A DNA stretch of 64,000 bases, taken from positions 12,774,001 through 12,838,000 of the forward strand of contig OZ076409.1 in assembly GCA_964187785.1 (NCBI GenBank), given 5' to 3'. The DNA is from Amphiscolops sp. MND2022 (lineage: Eukaryota). Positions 24,314 to 38,191 of this stretch are shown one piece after another. The notes below the pieces were generated by a model, which searched no databases, had not been told where the DNA came from, and saw nothing but the letters and a program-made list of their open reading frames with translations. How positions within the stretch are numbered: the stretch's first letter is position 1; the number at the start of each line of letters is the position of its first letter. The translations under genes were made by a program, and so were the position numbers.

Positions 24314-27300
24314 TGTTGACGCCAGACACTTGCAAGACGAGAAACTGAATTTTGAACGTGTTTGATGAAACTTTTACCTCAAAACTCCAAGAAACTTTGT
24401 GAAGATTTTAGTTGGGAAATTATAAGTTTAACCAGAAATAGGGCATCCCAAAATTGGGCCACCGCCGGGTGAACCACGCATTCAATCACCTCGAAACTTG
24501 GCACACATATAGTGGTGGTGTTACCCTAACCTTTCACTCATAATACACTGCCCCGTACATCCCCTTGGTTCGGAGCAATTAACATTCAAAGTGACCTAGG
24601 TCGGACCCCATGAAAACTCAAAATTACCGTCCAGGTAAACCACTTATTCAATCACCTCGAAACTTGGCACACATATAGTGGTGGTGTTACCCTAACCTTT
24701 GACTTTTAAAACACTGCCCCGTACCCCCCTGGGTTCGGACCTATAACACCCAAAGTGACCTAGGTCGGACGCCATGAAAACACAAAAATGATATACAAGT
24801 TATTATGTGAATTTACCTTAAGACCTTGAAGTAAATGTGTCTCTGTTGAAATTAATGATATTTACATTGTGTAAACATACTTCTAGCCCACTTGACCAAC
24901 ATGCCAAAACCACCACATAGTTTGTTTACTTAGCCAATACTTTCATATTATGCTTCAAATGTCATTTATTTATACTTCATATTTTGAGGTATATTTACTG
25001 TAGAATTGTAAACCAGATTTATACCATTACTAGATAGGCACAAATTGATTGGAAAGCTGTATTCACGTTGGCTCTTAGGACCATTTCAATTCTCAATTCA
25101 TTTCTTTACCTCTTTTCAACTTTTCACCAAAGACTAAGGGCGAATAAGTTAGTCACACTCAACTTGTGGGGAGTTGGACGCGTTAAGAGAGAAGGAAGAA
25201 GTGCAAATCGGGATCATTGGAGTCTACTGAGTCAAGATACAGTCCTTTTAATCTCAGAAGCAAGCAGTGTTCGGTAACGATCCGCAGTGCCGAGCACCGA
25301 AATCAGGGCGGCATAAAGTTTGGTCAATTGAAGGGATCAATTAGCCGTTACATTTGGTCCGCCGACCCAGACATCATCAGTTTGGGACGGACATATTACA
25401 TTGGGCGGACATCAACAGTTGGGGTGGACATCAATCTGGATGGACACTGCAAAAAAAACGTCGTCTTCATCGTGTGTGGATAACATTTGCGGTGAAAGGC
25501 ACGTGAGCAGTTAGAGTCATCAAAGGGGAGACACGACATCCATCTGTTCAAGTGAAAGAGCTTCCTTGCTAGTTTCTGTGGCAAACCAGAGAGTTGGGAG
25601 GACAAGCCTAATTGTTGGGACCTTCCAAACTAAGAAGTGGCAGCAGTTGATCCTGTTCGCACAGCAATCAAAAGGTCTTGCAAGAGTTGTCACATCCGAA
25701 CGGAATCGCGACAAGCCGCTGAGAGGACTATTCACAATCAACATGAACTGTGGAGACTGGGTCTACAGTTGGTGATTGGAACTCTGGGAAATTGTACACT
25801 GGGGCTTTGGCATTGGACTATTGGGCAATTGGGAACTGGATTGGTTGTGTACTCTGGGAGTTGGGCTTTAGCGGTACTCTGGAGGCAATTGTGCTTCTTC
25901 AATTCCAGTTTTGGGACGAAATGTATCCTGGGGAAACGTATTCCTAATTGAAAGCAAAGAAAGACGTCGCTGCAAAAATATCCACCAAGTTAAGCAAAGG
26001 GATTGAGTCATCGGGACAAGGTCCACCGAAACAATCAAGTTCGTCAAATAAGGCAAGCATAATCGAAATTTTGGGTTTTTTCTTCGTTGATTGGCAATGG
26101 ATTATTGGATTGAGCAGTTGAAACTTCAGATCTATCAAATTGCTGAGTTTGGGAAAAAGAAAAAAGTCGACAAGAAACTGTGTAGTCAAAGCCCCTCAGT
26201 TAAACAAAAGGAGCAATCGGAACAAATGAAATCCAGAAAGAAAGAAATGCTCGAGGTGCAGCATCTTCGAATGACAAATGTATTTGATCAAAGATATACA
26301 ACGCAGAGTCAAGAACTGATGGAACTCAGATCAAGAGACTTAGCAAATGATTCCAATTGGTATGTGTGGCGCTTTTATGGGGGGGATACTGTGGCCACCC
26401 AAGTGGAAAAAATACGGACTTTGATTAAAGAGTTGAATGACAAGCTTGACAAGCAAGGCGCTACTCTTTGCAAAAGAAACTTGAATGATTGGGTATTCGA
26501 ATATAGCGAGAATAAACAAGCATTGTTGCATAACATAGACCTCATGTTTGGACCTCACGAACGGAGAAAAGCAAAGACGGCTCAAACGATGTGTGACTGA
26601 ATGGGATGAGTTCTTTGCCGAATTAGATGCCAGCAGGGGATGTTTACTCCCTGATGTGAAGACAATGCTAAAAGGTCCAAAAGACAAAACAAACAAAACA
26701 AAACTTAGCCAAGTGGCAAGTGTAATCTCTACAGATGCGACTATGAGTTGCACTTACACAAGGAAGCTCTAACAAAGAGCTTCAATCGAACAAAACGCAG
26801 TTGCTCAGTGGAAGCAACTTATGAAAAGAAATCACTGACACAGTCAAGCAGGGTAACTGATGCAGAACGACGGATTGTTGGAGTATCCAGCAAAGCAACC
26901 TCGAAGAGAAACAGAACAACAGCTAGTTCTAAGTCAAAAAGTGCAAAACGAATACTTCTTCTAGAATTGGAAGCAATGAAGAAACAAGATGAAATTGATG
27001 AACAGCTAGCTGCAGCAAGACGCAAAGCCAAGATCCGGAAGAAACAAGAGGAGATGGATATGAGGATACTCGCGGAAGAACTCGAAACTGCTAAGCTCGA
27101 AGAAGAAAGCGCGAGGACTAAACATGTTGCCAACCAAGAAATAATATTAGCGCGAAATGGAATTCAGTGAAAACAGAGACAACCGCAGAAAGTGACGGAG
27201 CAATTTCGACCATGCAAAGGTCCGCAGAAATGTTATCAGACCTTCAAAGAATCCTCGACCTCAACAAAGCCTCTTACAGGACCTGAGCTAAGTGAGCTCA

Positions 27301-27986
27301 AAAGGGCATAAACGGAGTGACGGGCAAAGAGTCACACTTGAGAAACAACAAAGATATCTGTTTCGGGCGAAGTGATTCAAAGCGCAATGTTGGATCACAT
27401 TGGCACTCGAACCATGAAAGTGTTGAAAATAGTTCAACAATGAGACCTGTGAAACAAACGCAAACATGAAAAACTTCGAGTAGAGGAAGTTCAAGTGATC
27501 GAAATATATCGCTGAAAAGAATAGACGAACTTATGGGCAAGCAAGGAGAAATGGCTTCGCTCGAAAATCCTAACCAGAAACTGAAAGCAACGTGCACTAT
27601 GAAGAAAAAGAAATCCGAGCAGACCAAGTGTTCAAACAAGTGTCCAAATTATGGAAAGCTGCTAGACCAAATTATCAAACGTGAAGCACATCATGACTCA
27701 AATATGACAAAAGCTCAAGGCGATGCAAACAAAGGAACCTCGAAGCGTCTCACAGCAAAATGGATGTGGAACTGGCCAGAAACTTTCGTTGTACACGATG
27801 GCTGGCAAGATTGTCATTCAGAAACTTTCCTTGTGGATACCACACAAGGTTTGGAAGACGAAATTGACTTGGTCATGAGTAAGCATTTAATAGTGCAAAC
27901 AGAGGAAAACTTGAATCACACAAGAATTGAAGCAACGAATGAGCTCGGAAGCCTAGCATTCACATCGAGCAAACAAATCTGGAAAA
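24314..27986 (+). mobile_element. 3'-truncated duplicate of the BEL/Pao element (LTR 24314-25352, PBS, gag-like region)
   Basis: Co-linear with 29046-32570 (paired ORFs 25068/29631, 26091/30808, 26748/31064, 27533/32287); its LTR has an internal ~170-bp duplication. Confidence 0.88.
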
Positions 27987-29045
27987 ACTTGGACTGGTAC
28001 ATACTTTTCTAAACTCTTAGGATTATTGTTGAAATATAGTTTTCATTGAATGATTCGGTTAAGAATTGTTCAAAAGTTATATGACAATCATTCCCGGAAA
28101 AGTTGTGGAAAAATATAGGAACAAAATTTGATTGCTTTTGTTTACAACTTAATGTACACTACTCCTGGGCTGCTCCTCGGTAGTGTCCAGTAGGAAGATC
28201 GTCGTTTCGAACTTTATCTATGTTTTCTGAAAAAAGCTCTCCGCACAACCAACACACGTCGGAATGTTGAAACTGTACTTCTGGAGTTATTTGAAGTGGT
28301 ATATTTGTTTTGAAATATTTATTTGGAATTTTTTCTAGTGTCAACTTTTCATTTACAATTCATTTTACACACCCTTCGCCGAAGTATGAGTAATAATGAT
28401 TTCCTTATGGTGCTATTAGATAATATTCTACTGCAATTGGATTTTGTTTATTTAACACTTTGGGGTCATTTTGAGGTCGAATAAAACATTCGAAATCTTC
28501 ATATACTTTAAATGGAAAGTCTATTTTCATGTTGTTGTCTTCAAACTTTAGACGATCCTTCCAACTGAAACTGATTTTAGTTGGTTGTTGCTTTATACAT
28601 CTTTCCGTATGTTGATAAAGGATTTCAATAGAACTTACTACTGCTAAACAACTTCCACATACATGTTTCATGTGTGAATTTGTATTTATAAGACAAAGCA
28701 ACTTTGCTAAAAAACAATGATGATTTTAATACAACAACAAATGTATTTGTGGTTGTAAGTAAGTTTTGTTGATGTAAACTGGTGAGATAACAGTTTTATT
28801 CAACTCAACAACACTTATTCTGAGGTTGTTCATCTTTTCAAATTAGGGTAATTCTTTGACTTTCATAGGGAATTCTAAATCTCTTACACACAAAGTAGGC
28901 ATATTTTGATGTTTTTTGATCCTCAACAGTGTGAAGATGAGATAAGATACACCACGTTAGCTAAGATATTTGATCGTCATTTCATTATTTATAATTGGCT
29001 GATTTTTAAAATTATTTTTCTGGTAACTCTATATAGGAAAAAGCT

Positions 29046-32000
29046 TGTTGGCGCCAGACACTTGCAAGACGAGAAACTGAATTTTGAACGTGACTGATGA
29101 AACTTTTAGCTCAAAACTCTAAGAAACTTGGTGAAGATTTTAGTAGGAAAATTACAAGTTTCACCAGAAATAGGGCATCCCAAAATTGGGCCACCCCCCG
29201 TCCGGGTGAACCACCATTCAGTCACCTCGAAACTTGGCACACATATAGTGGTGGTGTTACCCTAACCTTTCACTCTTATTACCCTGCCCCGTACATCCCC
29301 TGGGTTCGGAGCAATTAACACTCAAAATGACCTAGGTCGGACCCCATGAAAACTCAATGCTGATATACAAGTTACTATGTGAATTTACCTTAGGACCTTG
29401 AAGTAAATGTGACTCTGTTGAATTTAATGATATTTACATTGTTTAAACATACTTCTAGCCCACATGCCAAAACCACCACATAGTTTGTTTACTTAGCCAA
29501 TAATTTCATATTGTGCTTCAAATGTCATTTATTTTTATTTCATATTTTCAGGTAAATTTACTGTAGAATTGTAAACCAGATTTATACCATTACTAAATAG
29601 ACAAAAATTGATTGGAAAGCTGTATCCAAGTTGGCTCTTAGGACCATTTCAATTCTCAATTCATTTCTTTACCTTTTTTCGACTTTTCGCCAAAGACTAA
29701 GGGCAACTAAGTTAGTCACTCTCAACTTGTGGGGAGTTGGACGCGTTAAGAGAAAAGGAAGAAGTGCAAATCGGGATCATTGGATCCCGCTGAGTCAAGA
29801 TACAGTCCTTTTTTCTAAGAAGCAAGCAGTGTTCGGTAACGATCCGCAGTGCCGAGCACCGAATTCAGGGCGGCGTAAATTTTGGTCAATTGAAGGGATC
29901 CATTAGCCGTTACATTTGGTCCGCCGACCCGGACATCATCAGTTTGGGGCGGACATATCACATTGGGCGGACATCAACAGTTGGGGTGGACATCAATCTG
30001 GGTGGACACTGCAAAAAGAACGTCGTCTTCATCGTGTGTGGATAACATTTGCGGTGAAAGACACGTGAGCAGTTAGAGTCATCAAAGGGGTGACACGACA
30101 TCTAGCTGTTCAAGTGACACGAATCTTGGAAAGAGCTTCCTTGCTGGTTTCTGTGGCAAACCAGAGGGTTTGGAGGACAAGCCTAATTGTGGGGACCTTT
30201 CAAACCAAGAAGTGGCAGCAGTTGATCCTGTTCGCACATCAATCAAAAGGTATTGCAAGAGTCGTCACATCAGAACTGAATCGCGACAAGCCGCTGAGAC
30301 GACTATTCACAATCAACAAGAACTGTGGAGACTGGGTCTACAGTTGAAGATTGAAACTCTTTGAAAGTGTACACTGGGGCTTTGGCATTGGACTATTTGG
30401 CGATTTGGAACTGGATTGGTTGTGTACTCTGGGAGTTGGGCTTTAGCGGTACTCTGGAGGCAATTGTGCTTCTTCAATTCCAGTTTTGGGACGACTTGTA
30501 TTGTGGGGAAACGTATTCTAAAATGAAAGCAAAGAGCTGAACTAAGACGTCGCTGCAAAATATTCACCAAGTTAAGCAAAGGGATTGCGTCATCGGGAAA
30601 AGGTCCACTGACACAATCAAGTTCGTCAAAGAAGGCAAGCATAATCGACATTTTGGGTTTGCTCTTCGTTAATTGGCAATTGATTATTGGATTGAGCAGT
30701 TGAAACTTCAGATCTATCAAATTGCTGAATTTGAGAAAAATGACGAAGTCGACAAGAAACTGTGTAGTCAAAACCCCTCAGGTAAACAGAAGTAGCAATC
30801 TGAACAAATGAAATCCAGAAAGAAAGAAATGCTCGAGGTGCAGCATCTTCGAATGACAAATGTATTTGATCAAAAATATACAACGCAGAGTCAAGAACTG
30901 ATAGAACTCAGATCAAGGGACTTCGAAAATGATTCAAATTGGTTTGTGTGGCGCTTTCATGGGAAAACTGTGGCCACCCAAGTGGAAAAACTACGGTTTT
31001 TGAATAAAGAGTTGAATAACAAGCTTGACGAACAAGGCGCTACTCTTTGCAAAAGAAAATTGAATGATTGGGTATTCGAATAAAGCGAGAATAAACAAGC
31101 ATTGTTGCATAACATGGACCTCATGTTTGGACCTCACGATCGAAGAAACGCGAAGACGGCTCAATCGAAGTGTGACTGAATGGGATCAATTCTTTGCCGA
31201 ATTAGAAGCCAGCTGGGGATATTTGTTCCCTGATGTTAAGACAAAACTGCAGGGTCCAAAAGACAAAACAGACAAAACGAAACTTCGCCGAGTGGCAAGT
31301 GGAATCTCCACAGATGCGACTATGAGTTGCACTTACACAAGGAAGCTCAAACAAAATAGCTTCAATCGAACAAAACGCAGTTGCTCAGTGGAAGCAACTT
31401 GTGAAAAGAAATCACTGACACAGTCAAGCAAGGTAACTGATGAAGAACGACGGATTCTTGGAGTATCCAGCAAAACAAATTCGAAGAGCAACAGAACAAC
31501 AGCTAGTTCTAAGTCAAAAAGTGCAAAACGAATACTTCTTTTAGAAATGGAAGCAATGAAGAAACAAGATGAAATTGATGAACAGCTAGCTGCAGCAACA
31601 CGCAAAGCAAAGATCCAGAAGAAACAAGAGGAGATGCCTATGAGGATACTCGCGGATGAACTCGAAACTGCTCAGCTCGAAGAAGAAAGCGCGAGGACTA
31701 AACATGTTGCCAACCAAGAAATAAAATTAGCGCGAAATGGAATTCAGTGAAAACAGAGACAACCGCAGAAAGTGACGGAGCAATTTCAACCATGCAAAGG
31801 TCCGCAGAAATGTTATCAGACCTTCAAAGAAACCTTGACCTCAACAAAGCCTCTTACAGGACCTGAGCTGCGTGAGCTCAAAAGGGCATATACAGAGTGA
31901 CGGGCAAAGAATCGCACTTGAGAAACAACAAAGATATCTGTTTTGGGCGAAGTGATTCAAAGAGCAATGTTGGATCACATTAGCACTCGAACCATGAAAG

Positions 32001-34343
32001 TATTGAAAATAGATCAACAATGAGACCTGTGAAACAAACGCAAACATGAAAAACTTCAAGTAGAGGAAGTTCAAGTGATCGAAATGTATCGCTGAAAAGA
32101 ATAGACGAACTTATGGGCAAGCAAGGAGAAAAGGCTTCGCTCGAAAATCCTAACCAGAAACTGAAAGCAACGTGCACTATGAAGAAAAAAAATCCGAGCA
32201 GACCAAGTGTTCAAACAAGTGTCCAAATTATGGAAAGCTGCTAGACCAAATTAATTATCAAACGTGAAGCACATCATGACTCAAATATGACAAAAGCTCA
32301 AGGCGATGCAAACAAAGGAACCTCGAAGCGTCTCACAGCAAAATGGATGTGGAACTGGCCAGAAACTTTTATTGTAGACGATGGCTGGCAAGACTGCCGC
32401 TCAGAAACTCTCCTCGTGGATACCACACAAGGTTTGGATGGCGAAATTCACTTGGTCATGAGTGAGCATTTGATAGTGCAAACAGAGGAAAACTTGAATT
32501 ACACAATAACTGAAGCAACGAATGAGCTCGGAAGCTTAGCATTCACATCGAGCAAACAAATCTCAAAAAACTGAGTGTGCGTTTTGAATTGCTGTACGAG
32601 AGTGCAAAAGTTTACACCGTACTACAAAATGTACAACAAGTGATTTTATTCAAAGTGACAATGTTCTATGTCGATATTCAACTCCCGGAAGAAGGAAACA
32701 AACGTTTTGAAGTGGACGAAAGGTATGGGATTTTGAATGAGCAAGATTTTACACTGCAAGAATGTTTGAGCGGAACAGCCGTGTATCAAAGGCTATGTCG
32801 TGGTGTAATGAAACATGACAAACCAGTGAATGACGATACCAAAAGTGAGAAGAACTTCAGTCGTACTGTGGAACAGTCTCTTCATAAACTGATGTTAGAT
32901 GATTCAACAATTTCTCATGAACGCCAAATTGAACGCTTGAGTATGGAACGTTTAGAGAAAACTCAGTTTGGTTTTTCTCCCCCGCGGTCAGTCAATGTTG
33001 ATGATGAAATGTGTAGCAGAGCAAATATTGGTAGCTTGGCTGGAGAAATTTTCGATATACCTGAAAATCTACTTTTTGTATGTTGGAGTAATTATGGAAG
33101 CTGAGTTAAATGAAATGAAACAATCGTGTACCATACATTTTAAAGATTCAAAAGGAAGCCAATCGATTGAAATTTGTGAATGTCGGACATTGATGATGAA
33201 GTTTATGATAATTGGGAAAACTATCACTTCAAATGAGAAAACAGTTGTATGGAATTAATTTGTTGTGTTATGTGAATCTGTGGAAAACAACCTTATGGTC
33301 AGCGAACTGGAATATGGCCTGGAAAAGTATTGAAAAAGAGGAAAAACACAGCAAACAACTAACAAAGATGACAATGAAACTAGACCTCTCAGAAAGACAA
33401 CGACAATTGATGTTAAATTCAAAAGACAAGTAGTGAAACTGGCACTCATGTTATATGAAAGTGTTTTTCGGGAGAAAAACAGGGCCGGCAATGATGGCGC
33501 CAGACACTTGCAAGACGAGAATTTGGATTTTAAACGTGACTGATGAAATTTTTAACTCAAAACTTTAAGAAACTTTGTGAAGATTTTAATTGGAAAATTA
33601 CAATCCCAAAATTGGGCCACTCCCCCGTCCGGGTGAACCACGCTCTCAATCACCTCGAAACTTGGTACACATATAGTAGTGGTGTTATCCTAACCTTTCA
33701 CTCCTTACACCCTGCCCCGTATCTCCCCTGGATTCGGAGCAATTAACACCCAAAGTGACCTAGGTCGGACCCCATGGAAACTCAATTTTGATATACAAGT
33801 TATTATGTAAACTTACCTCATGACCTTGAAGGAAATGTGACTCTGTAGAATTTAATGATATTTACGTTGTGTAAACAAATTTCTAGCCCACCTGACCAAC
33901 ATGCCAAAAACACCACATACTTTGTTTACGTAGCCAATGTCTTCATATTAAGCTTTAAAAGTCATATATTTATACTTCATATTTTGATGTATATTTACTG
34001 TAGAATTGTAAACCAGATATATACCATTACTAAATAGGCACAAATTAATTGGAAAGCTATGTATTCCAGTTGGCTCTTAGAACCATTTCAATGCTTAATT
34101 CATTTCCTCACCTCTTTTCGACTTATCGCCAAAGACGAATAAGTTAGTTACTCTCAATTTGGGGGGAGTTGGACGCGTTAAGAGAGAAGGAAGAAGTGCG
34201 ATTCGGGGTCATTGGATCCTACTAAGTCACGATAGAGTCCTTTTATTCTAAGAAGCAGTCTTCAGTAACGATCCACAGTGCCGAGCATTGAATTCAGGGC
34301 AGCGTAAAGTTTCGTCAATTGAAGGAATCAAGCAGCTGTTACA
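29046..34343 (+). mobile_element. Non-autonomous BEL/Pao-type LTR retroelement
   Basis: TG...CA LTRs at 29046-29914 and 33492-34343; PBS TTTGGTCCGCCGACC; purine tract before the 3' LTR; 5-bp TSD AAGCT/AAACT; 3' end encodes the BEL-type KRQVVKLA..ESVFREKNRAGN; no RT, RNase H or integrase motifs seen. Confidence 0.85.
30808..31750 (+). pseudogene. Gag-like coiled-coil ORF of the BEL/Pao element (copy at 26091-27170)
   Basis: Ser-rich region followed by a coiled coil (SSKSKSAKRILLLEMEAMKKQDEIDEQLAAA), as in BEL gag N-termini; broken by stops and frameshifts. Confidence 0.55.
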
Positions 34344-35119
34344 AAACTTGAATATCATTAATTTTATATATTTCTTTATGATATCGACGATATATTGAAA
34401 CACAAAACCCGATCCTTCTAGTTGTTCATCATCTAATTTCTGAATCAATGTGTTGTGAACAGACATATTCGCATGATCTTGTTTCATGTAATTGTAAATT
34501 ATATCTGATTTAACCCATTTGTGAAATAAATGTTCTTCTCTACTAACGTATTTTGAAACCTTAGCTAGATAACTCAATTGATATTTATATCAGGGGAAAT
34601 AACTTTTACTTAGTAGTTCATTGACTCGTTCTATAAGTTTTTCAGTCGGTTTTATTTTTAGTTTATTGTATGTTTTTTCATTCACAATTCTTTCTACATC
34701 TTGACCAAGGTTACATTGTTGATGATGTTGATTTTTTAGGATGTAAAATTAGCTTTGGAAATGTCGTGTTTCATCAGATATATTTTTACCACAATCCTCA
34801 CACCATTTTTTTGTGCGGCTTTTATGTTCATCTGGAATTAAATGAGAATTTTTATCTGATAGAGACATATTTACCTTACATTTTTTTACAATGTTTTGAT
34901 TTTCCGAGATGTTTCATTGATATTAAATGATCAGATTTGAAAGATTTGTTATATTCAGATTTGCAAAGAGTACAATTTTCCATTTTTTATTAAAGAAAAA
35001 AGAGTTTATTGAAACTTTTACATTTTCAATTAATGGGAATTATTTTAATTTCTTTTCTTATCCTAAAATTGAATAAATTAATTATAAATCACTATTTGGC
35101 TTATTGTTAGAACATGCGA

Positions 35120-35648
35120 AGCCAACTTTGCTGTAGTGGTGGTGTCGGTTTGGTTCTTGAGGTAATTTTCATATATAATCTCAAATCGGTGATATTTTTC
35201 TGATTTCATCTACATGATTATCTTTTAGACTAGTGGCATGAAGATGTTTAAAGTCATCAAGGGTCTTCTAAATACTAGCATATTTCTTGAAATAATTTTT
35301 TCCTTTTTCTTCAACCAAGAGGAACAACTTTTGACAAGTATAACTGTTGCACAGCCGGCTCCTGCAGCAATGTGAACAAGTATAGTGACTACGCCAGCCA
35401 GTAAGGGATAATGTAACGGGTGTTGAAGTTATAAGTTATCATTATAAGACCATCTGTCGAGTTAACTAAGTTTATTATCAGCTTGTATTTATTATATTTT
35501 TTTTTTCCTCCAAGTCATAAAATTTCATCATTTTCAAGATATTTCGAATCGAATTCTTGAAACTAGGTTTTTCTGCTAATTTCTTATTTATCATTGATTC
35601 TACATCGCTGGATAAATAAAGTGCAGAAGGATAAGGTCTTTGTTCCAT
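35120..35648 (-). pseudogene. Polinton accessory ORF with a hydrophobic central segment
   Basis: MEQRPYPSA...hydrophobic HIAAGAGCAT...SLKDNHVDE; frameshifted; resembles a putative membrane-active Polinton protein (from recall). Confidence 0.4.
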
Positions 35649-37384
35649 TTCTAACTGAAGAAAAACAGTGGTCTTCTAATAATTGTTTTTACATAAATTG
35701 AAATTTACTCAAATAAAATGAAATTTATTTCCGTTGGTGTTAACTTCCTTTTGTGTTTCATATCAACTACATCTTTATAGGAATCTTTTTTTAAAGCCTT
35801 CATAATGATTTCTCTATTAGAATCACTGCAGTAGGTATTCTTTTTCCATACTTTTCCCATAAATAAATATGCTTCACTAAAAGTTAGATAAATTGCAAAT
35901 ACTTGATCTTTGTTGGTAAAAGAATTGAATAAACCTTTGTCATGAAGCAGTTGATATACGTTGTTAGTTGTAGTAATTCAATTTTGATCTAAGTCCTTTA
36001 GAGTTCTGTACATTTCATCTTCATTCAAAGTCATTCCATCTTGACCTCGACCTGATACGAACTTTAGGTTGCAGACGGTGGAAATTTCAAAACTACTTTT
36101 TATAAGACTTAATACTTCATTTGCTATAGTATTTCTTTGTTCGGCGAAAGATTTTTTCATAAGTTGTTCTAACTTGTTGATGGAGTTTGATAGGTCTGAA
36201 AACTAGGGATAAGTATCATTGATTAACTTTCATTTCAACAAAACATTTTGAATTTCCTGTAGGTCTAGTATTTTTTCTTCTAAAATTTTTTCATGATGTT
36301 CTGATTCATTTTCAAAATCTCCTTTGAGTTTGGGATGGGTTATTTGGGATAGTTTTTCTTGACTTTTTATCATATCTTTTAGGCCCTGATATTCCCTTAA
36401 TTTCAATTGTTCACTAGAGTAACCAAACTAATGAAGAGACATTTATTAGGATGAAAAAGTGAAATGAAAAAGATGAAAAAGTGTATTTCAGGGTGTTTTC
36501 TCACCTGGGGTTCAAGGTATAAAAATTTGTGTGAGACAAAAGTTGTTCAGACTTTAGGTACAATTTTGCTTTCTTGACTTTTTAAGGTGAAACCAAATCG
36601 AGAAAAAGGGATAAAACCCTTTTTTCATACATGGTTTTGAATGTGTTGCTGCTTCGGTTCGAAAAGTGAAAAAATGGTCGAAACTAAAAATGCGTGTATG
36701 GAGGTTGGCTATAAGTTTGGTTTTTTGAGTCGGTATAGTAGGATGGCCCAGTTTCAAGAAAAATAAGAAGAACCCCAATTTAACACCTGTTTTACCATCT
36801 GGTAATCAGTGGGTTTTCAGTCACGAGCTGAAGTTTGAATAGACTAATTTTTTGGGGCCCTTCATTTTTGTTCTTATGAGTCATCACGCTAAATCCAATG
36901 GTTGAGCAAGTTCCTTTGATCTGGAAAGTTTCAAGGTCAACCCTGATCTCAACACCTGTTTGGGTCAGATACAAACTGTGTTTGCCGTAGGGTTGGTCAA
37001 ATATGAAAGTCGTCTTAATTTTTCACACCTGTTTTCTAATCTGGTAATCAGTGGGTTCAAGATACAGACAAAGATTTTTTGAACAAGGTGTCTCTTAGTG
37101 TCAACATTTTTGATATGCTATGTCATTTCGCTGGGATGAGTCAATGTCGAGAATTTTGAGGAAACCCACCTGTTTTGATAGGTGCCTATTGCTAGGTTGA
37201 TTGTATAGAAAAGCCTCAAAAACATTACGGGTATAACTTTTGACTAACTACAACTTTTGTTTCTCTGGATTTTGTCTAAAAATGTTTCACGTTGAGATAT
37301 TGATGAATTAATTTTGCCCATGTATTAACATTTAATGCTTGAACATGCGGAGATATAGCAACATGGTTTTTCAAAAAAAGTTGA

Positions 37385-37540
37385 GCATCACCAATAACGT
37401 TTCGATGACTAGGTAGTGTTAATGTTTAAGTTTCATTACCAGTAATCTATCGATAACTAGGTAATGTTATTGTTTAGGTTTCATTACCAGTAACCTCACG
37501 ATTATTAGGGAATGGTAATGTTTAGGTTTCATTACCGCAA
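37385..37540 (+). repeat. Short degenerate tandem repeat in the Polinton subterminal region
   Basis: Three to four copies of ...TAGGTAATGTTA(A/T)TGTTTAGGTTTCATTACC. Confidence 0.6.
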
Positions 37541-38024
37541 ACTTTTCAATCGGCAAGTAAAGATCTCCAATGTCATTGTATGACTTTGCAAAGACTGGGG
37601 GAAGTTTGTGAGAAGTGAACCCCAAACACTTTAGCAGAGCCTTAACTTCAGTCATTACTATAACCACTAGGCCACTGGAGACGATTCAATGTTAGTTTTA
37701 GTTATATATAACTTGCTAACTTTGAATAAACGCTACTAAGGTTTCTGAGAAATAACGTTAATGCATTTTCGAGTCCAACACTATTTCTGAGAATGAGCGT
37801 TAATTTATTTTCGAGTCCAACACTTGTGTTTCCACTTGAACGCATTCGGTAGATCTTCATTTTCAATTTACAATTAGATGCATCACACATTGCATCATAG
37901 AGGTAAGTGACTTTCTGCTTTATGACAAAATTTTTCGTTGAAAAAAATTGCTCCTTGATTTTTATGTTGTTACTTTTTTACTTGCAAAAAATGGCTAATT
38001 TTTGATGATTTGCCTTGAAAATGT

Positions 38025-38191
38025 CTGTATTAAACTGTCCCACTAGACCAAGAAAAATGCTTGTAAACCTTTAAGGTGTGGATAAAGGCTAATTTTCGCT
38101 GATTTGCCGTGTTTTACCCATAAAAGGGTTATTTTTGTTGACTGGGCCGACCGACAACCCCCTGGCGAAGATTAGCATTTCCCCTACTACA
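38025..38191 (-). repeat. Polinton right TIR
   Basis: Reverse complement of the left TIR, ending CCCCTACTACA next to the TSD. Confidence 0.85.

Larger units (their letters stand above)
22234..34983 (-). pseudogene. Polinton protein-primed DNA polymerase B, interrupted by an LTR element and a duplicated block
   Basis: N-terminal Zn fingers and LEGSGFVF (34344-34983); SSYIELP, YEDFEC, endonuclease-VII-like CWLCGE..TGHYRGAA, FFHNFSG (27991-29045); LRFLDSYRF, YLK..LTDVFE, DANTLYG..SQYLP, YIDHNT.KR, FGKTMEDVR (22234-23686). Confidence 0.92.
10844..38191. mobile_element. Polinton/Maverick (adintovirus-like) element, complete but decayed, with nested insertions
   Basis: Imperfect ~150-bp TIRs; ends AGTTGAAGGTGAAATGC and (revcomp) TGTAGTAGGGGAAATGC; 6-bp TSD CCCAAA at 10838-10843 and 38192-38197; remnants of all core genes inside. 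Confidence 0.92.

Noticed and set aside
25068..26056. Many overlapping ORFs in the LTR/leader region (repeated at 29631-30771)
   Set aside because: They overlap LTR, PBS and leader, are not kept intact between the two copies, and show no motifs.
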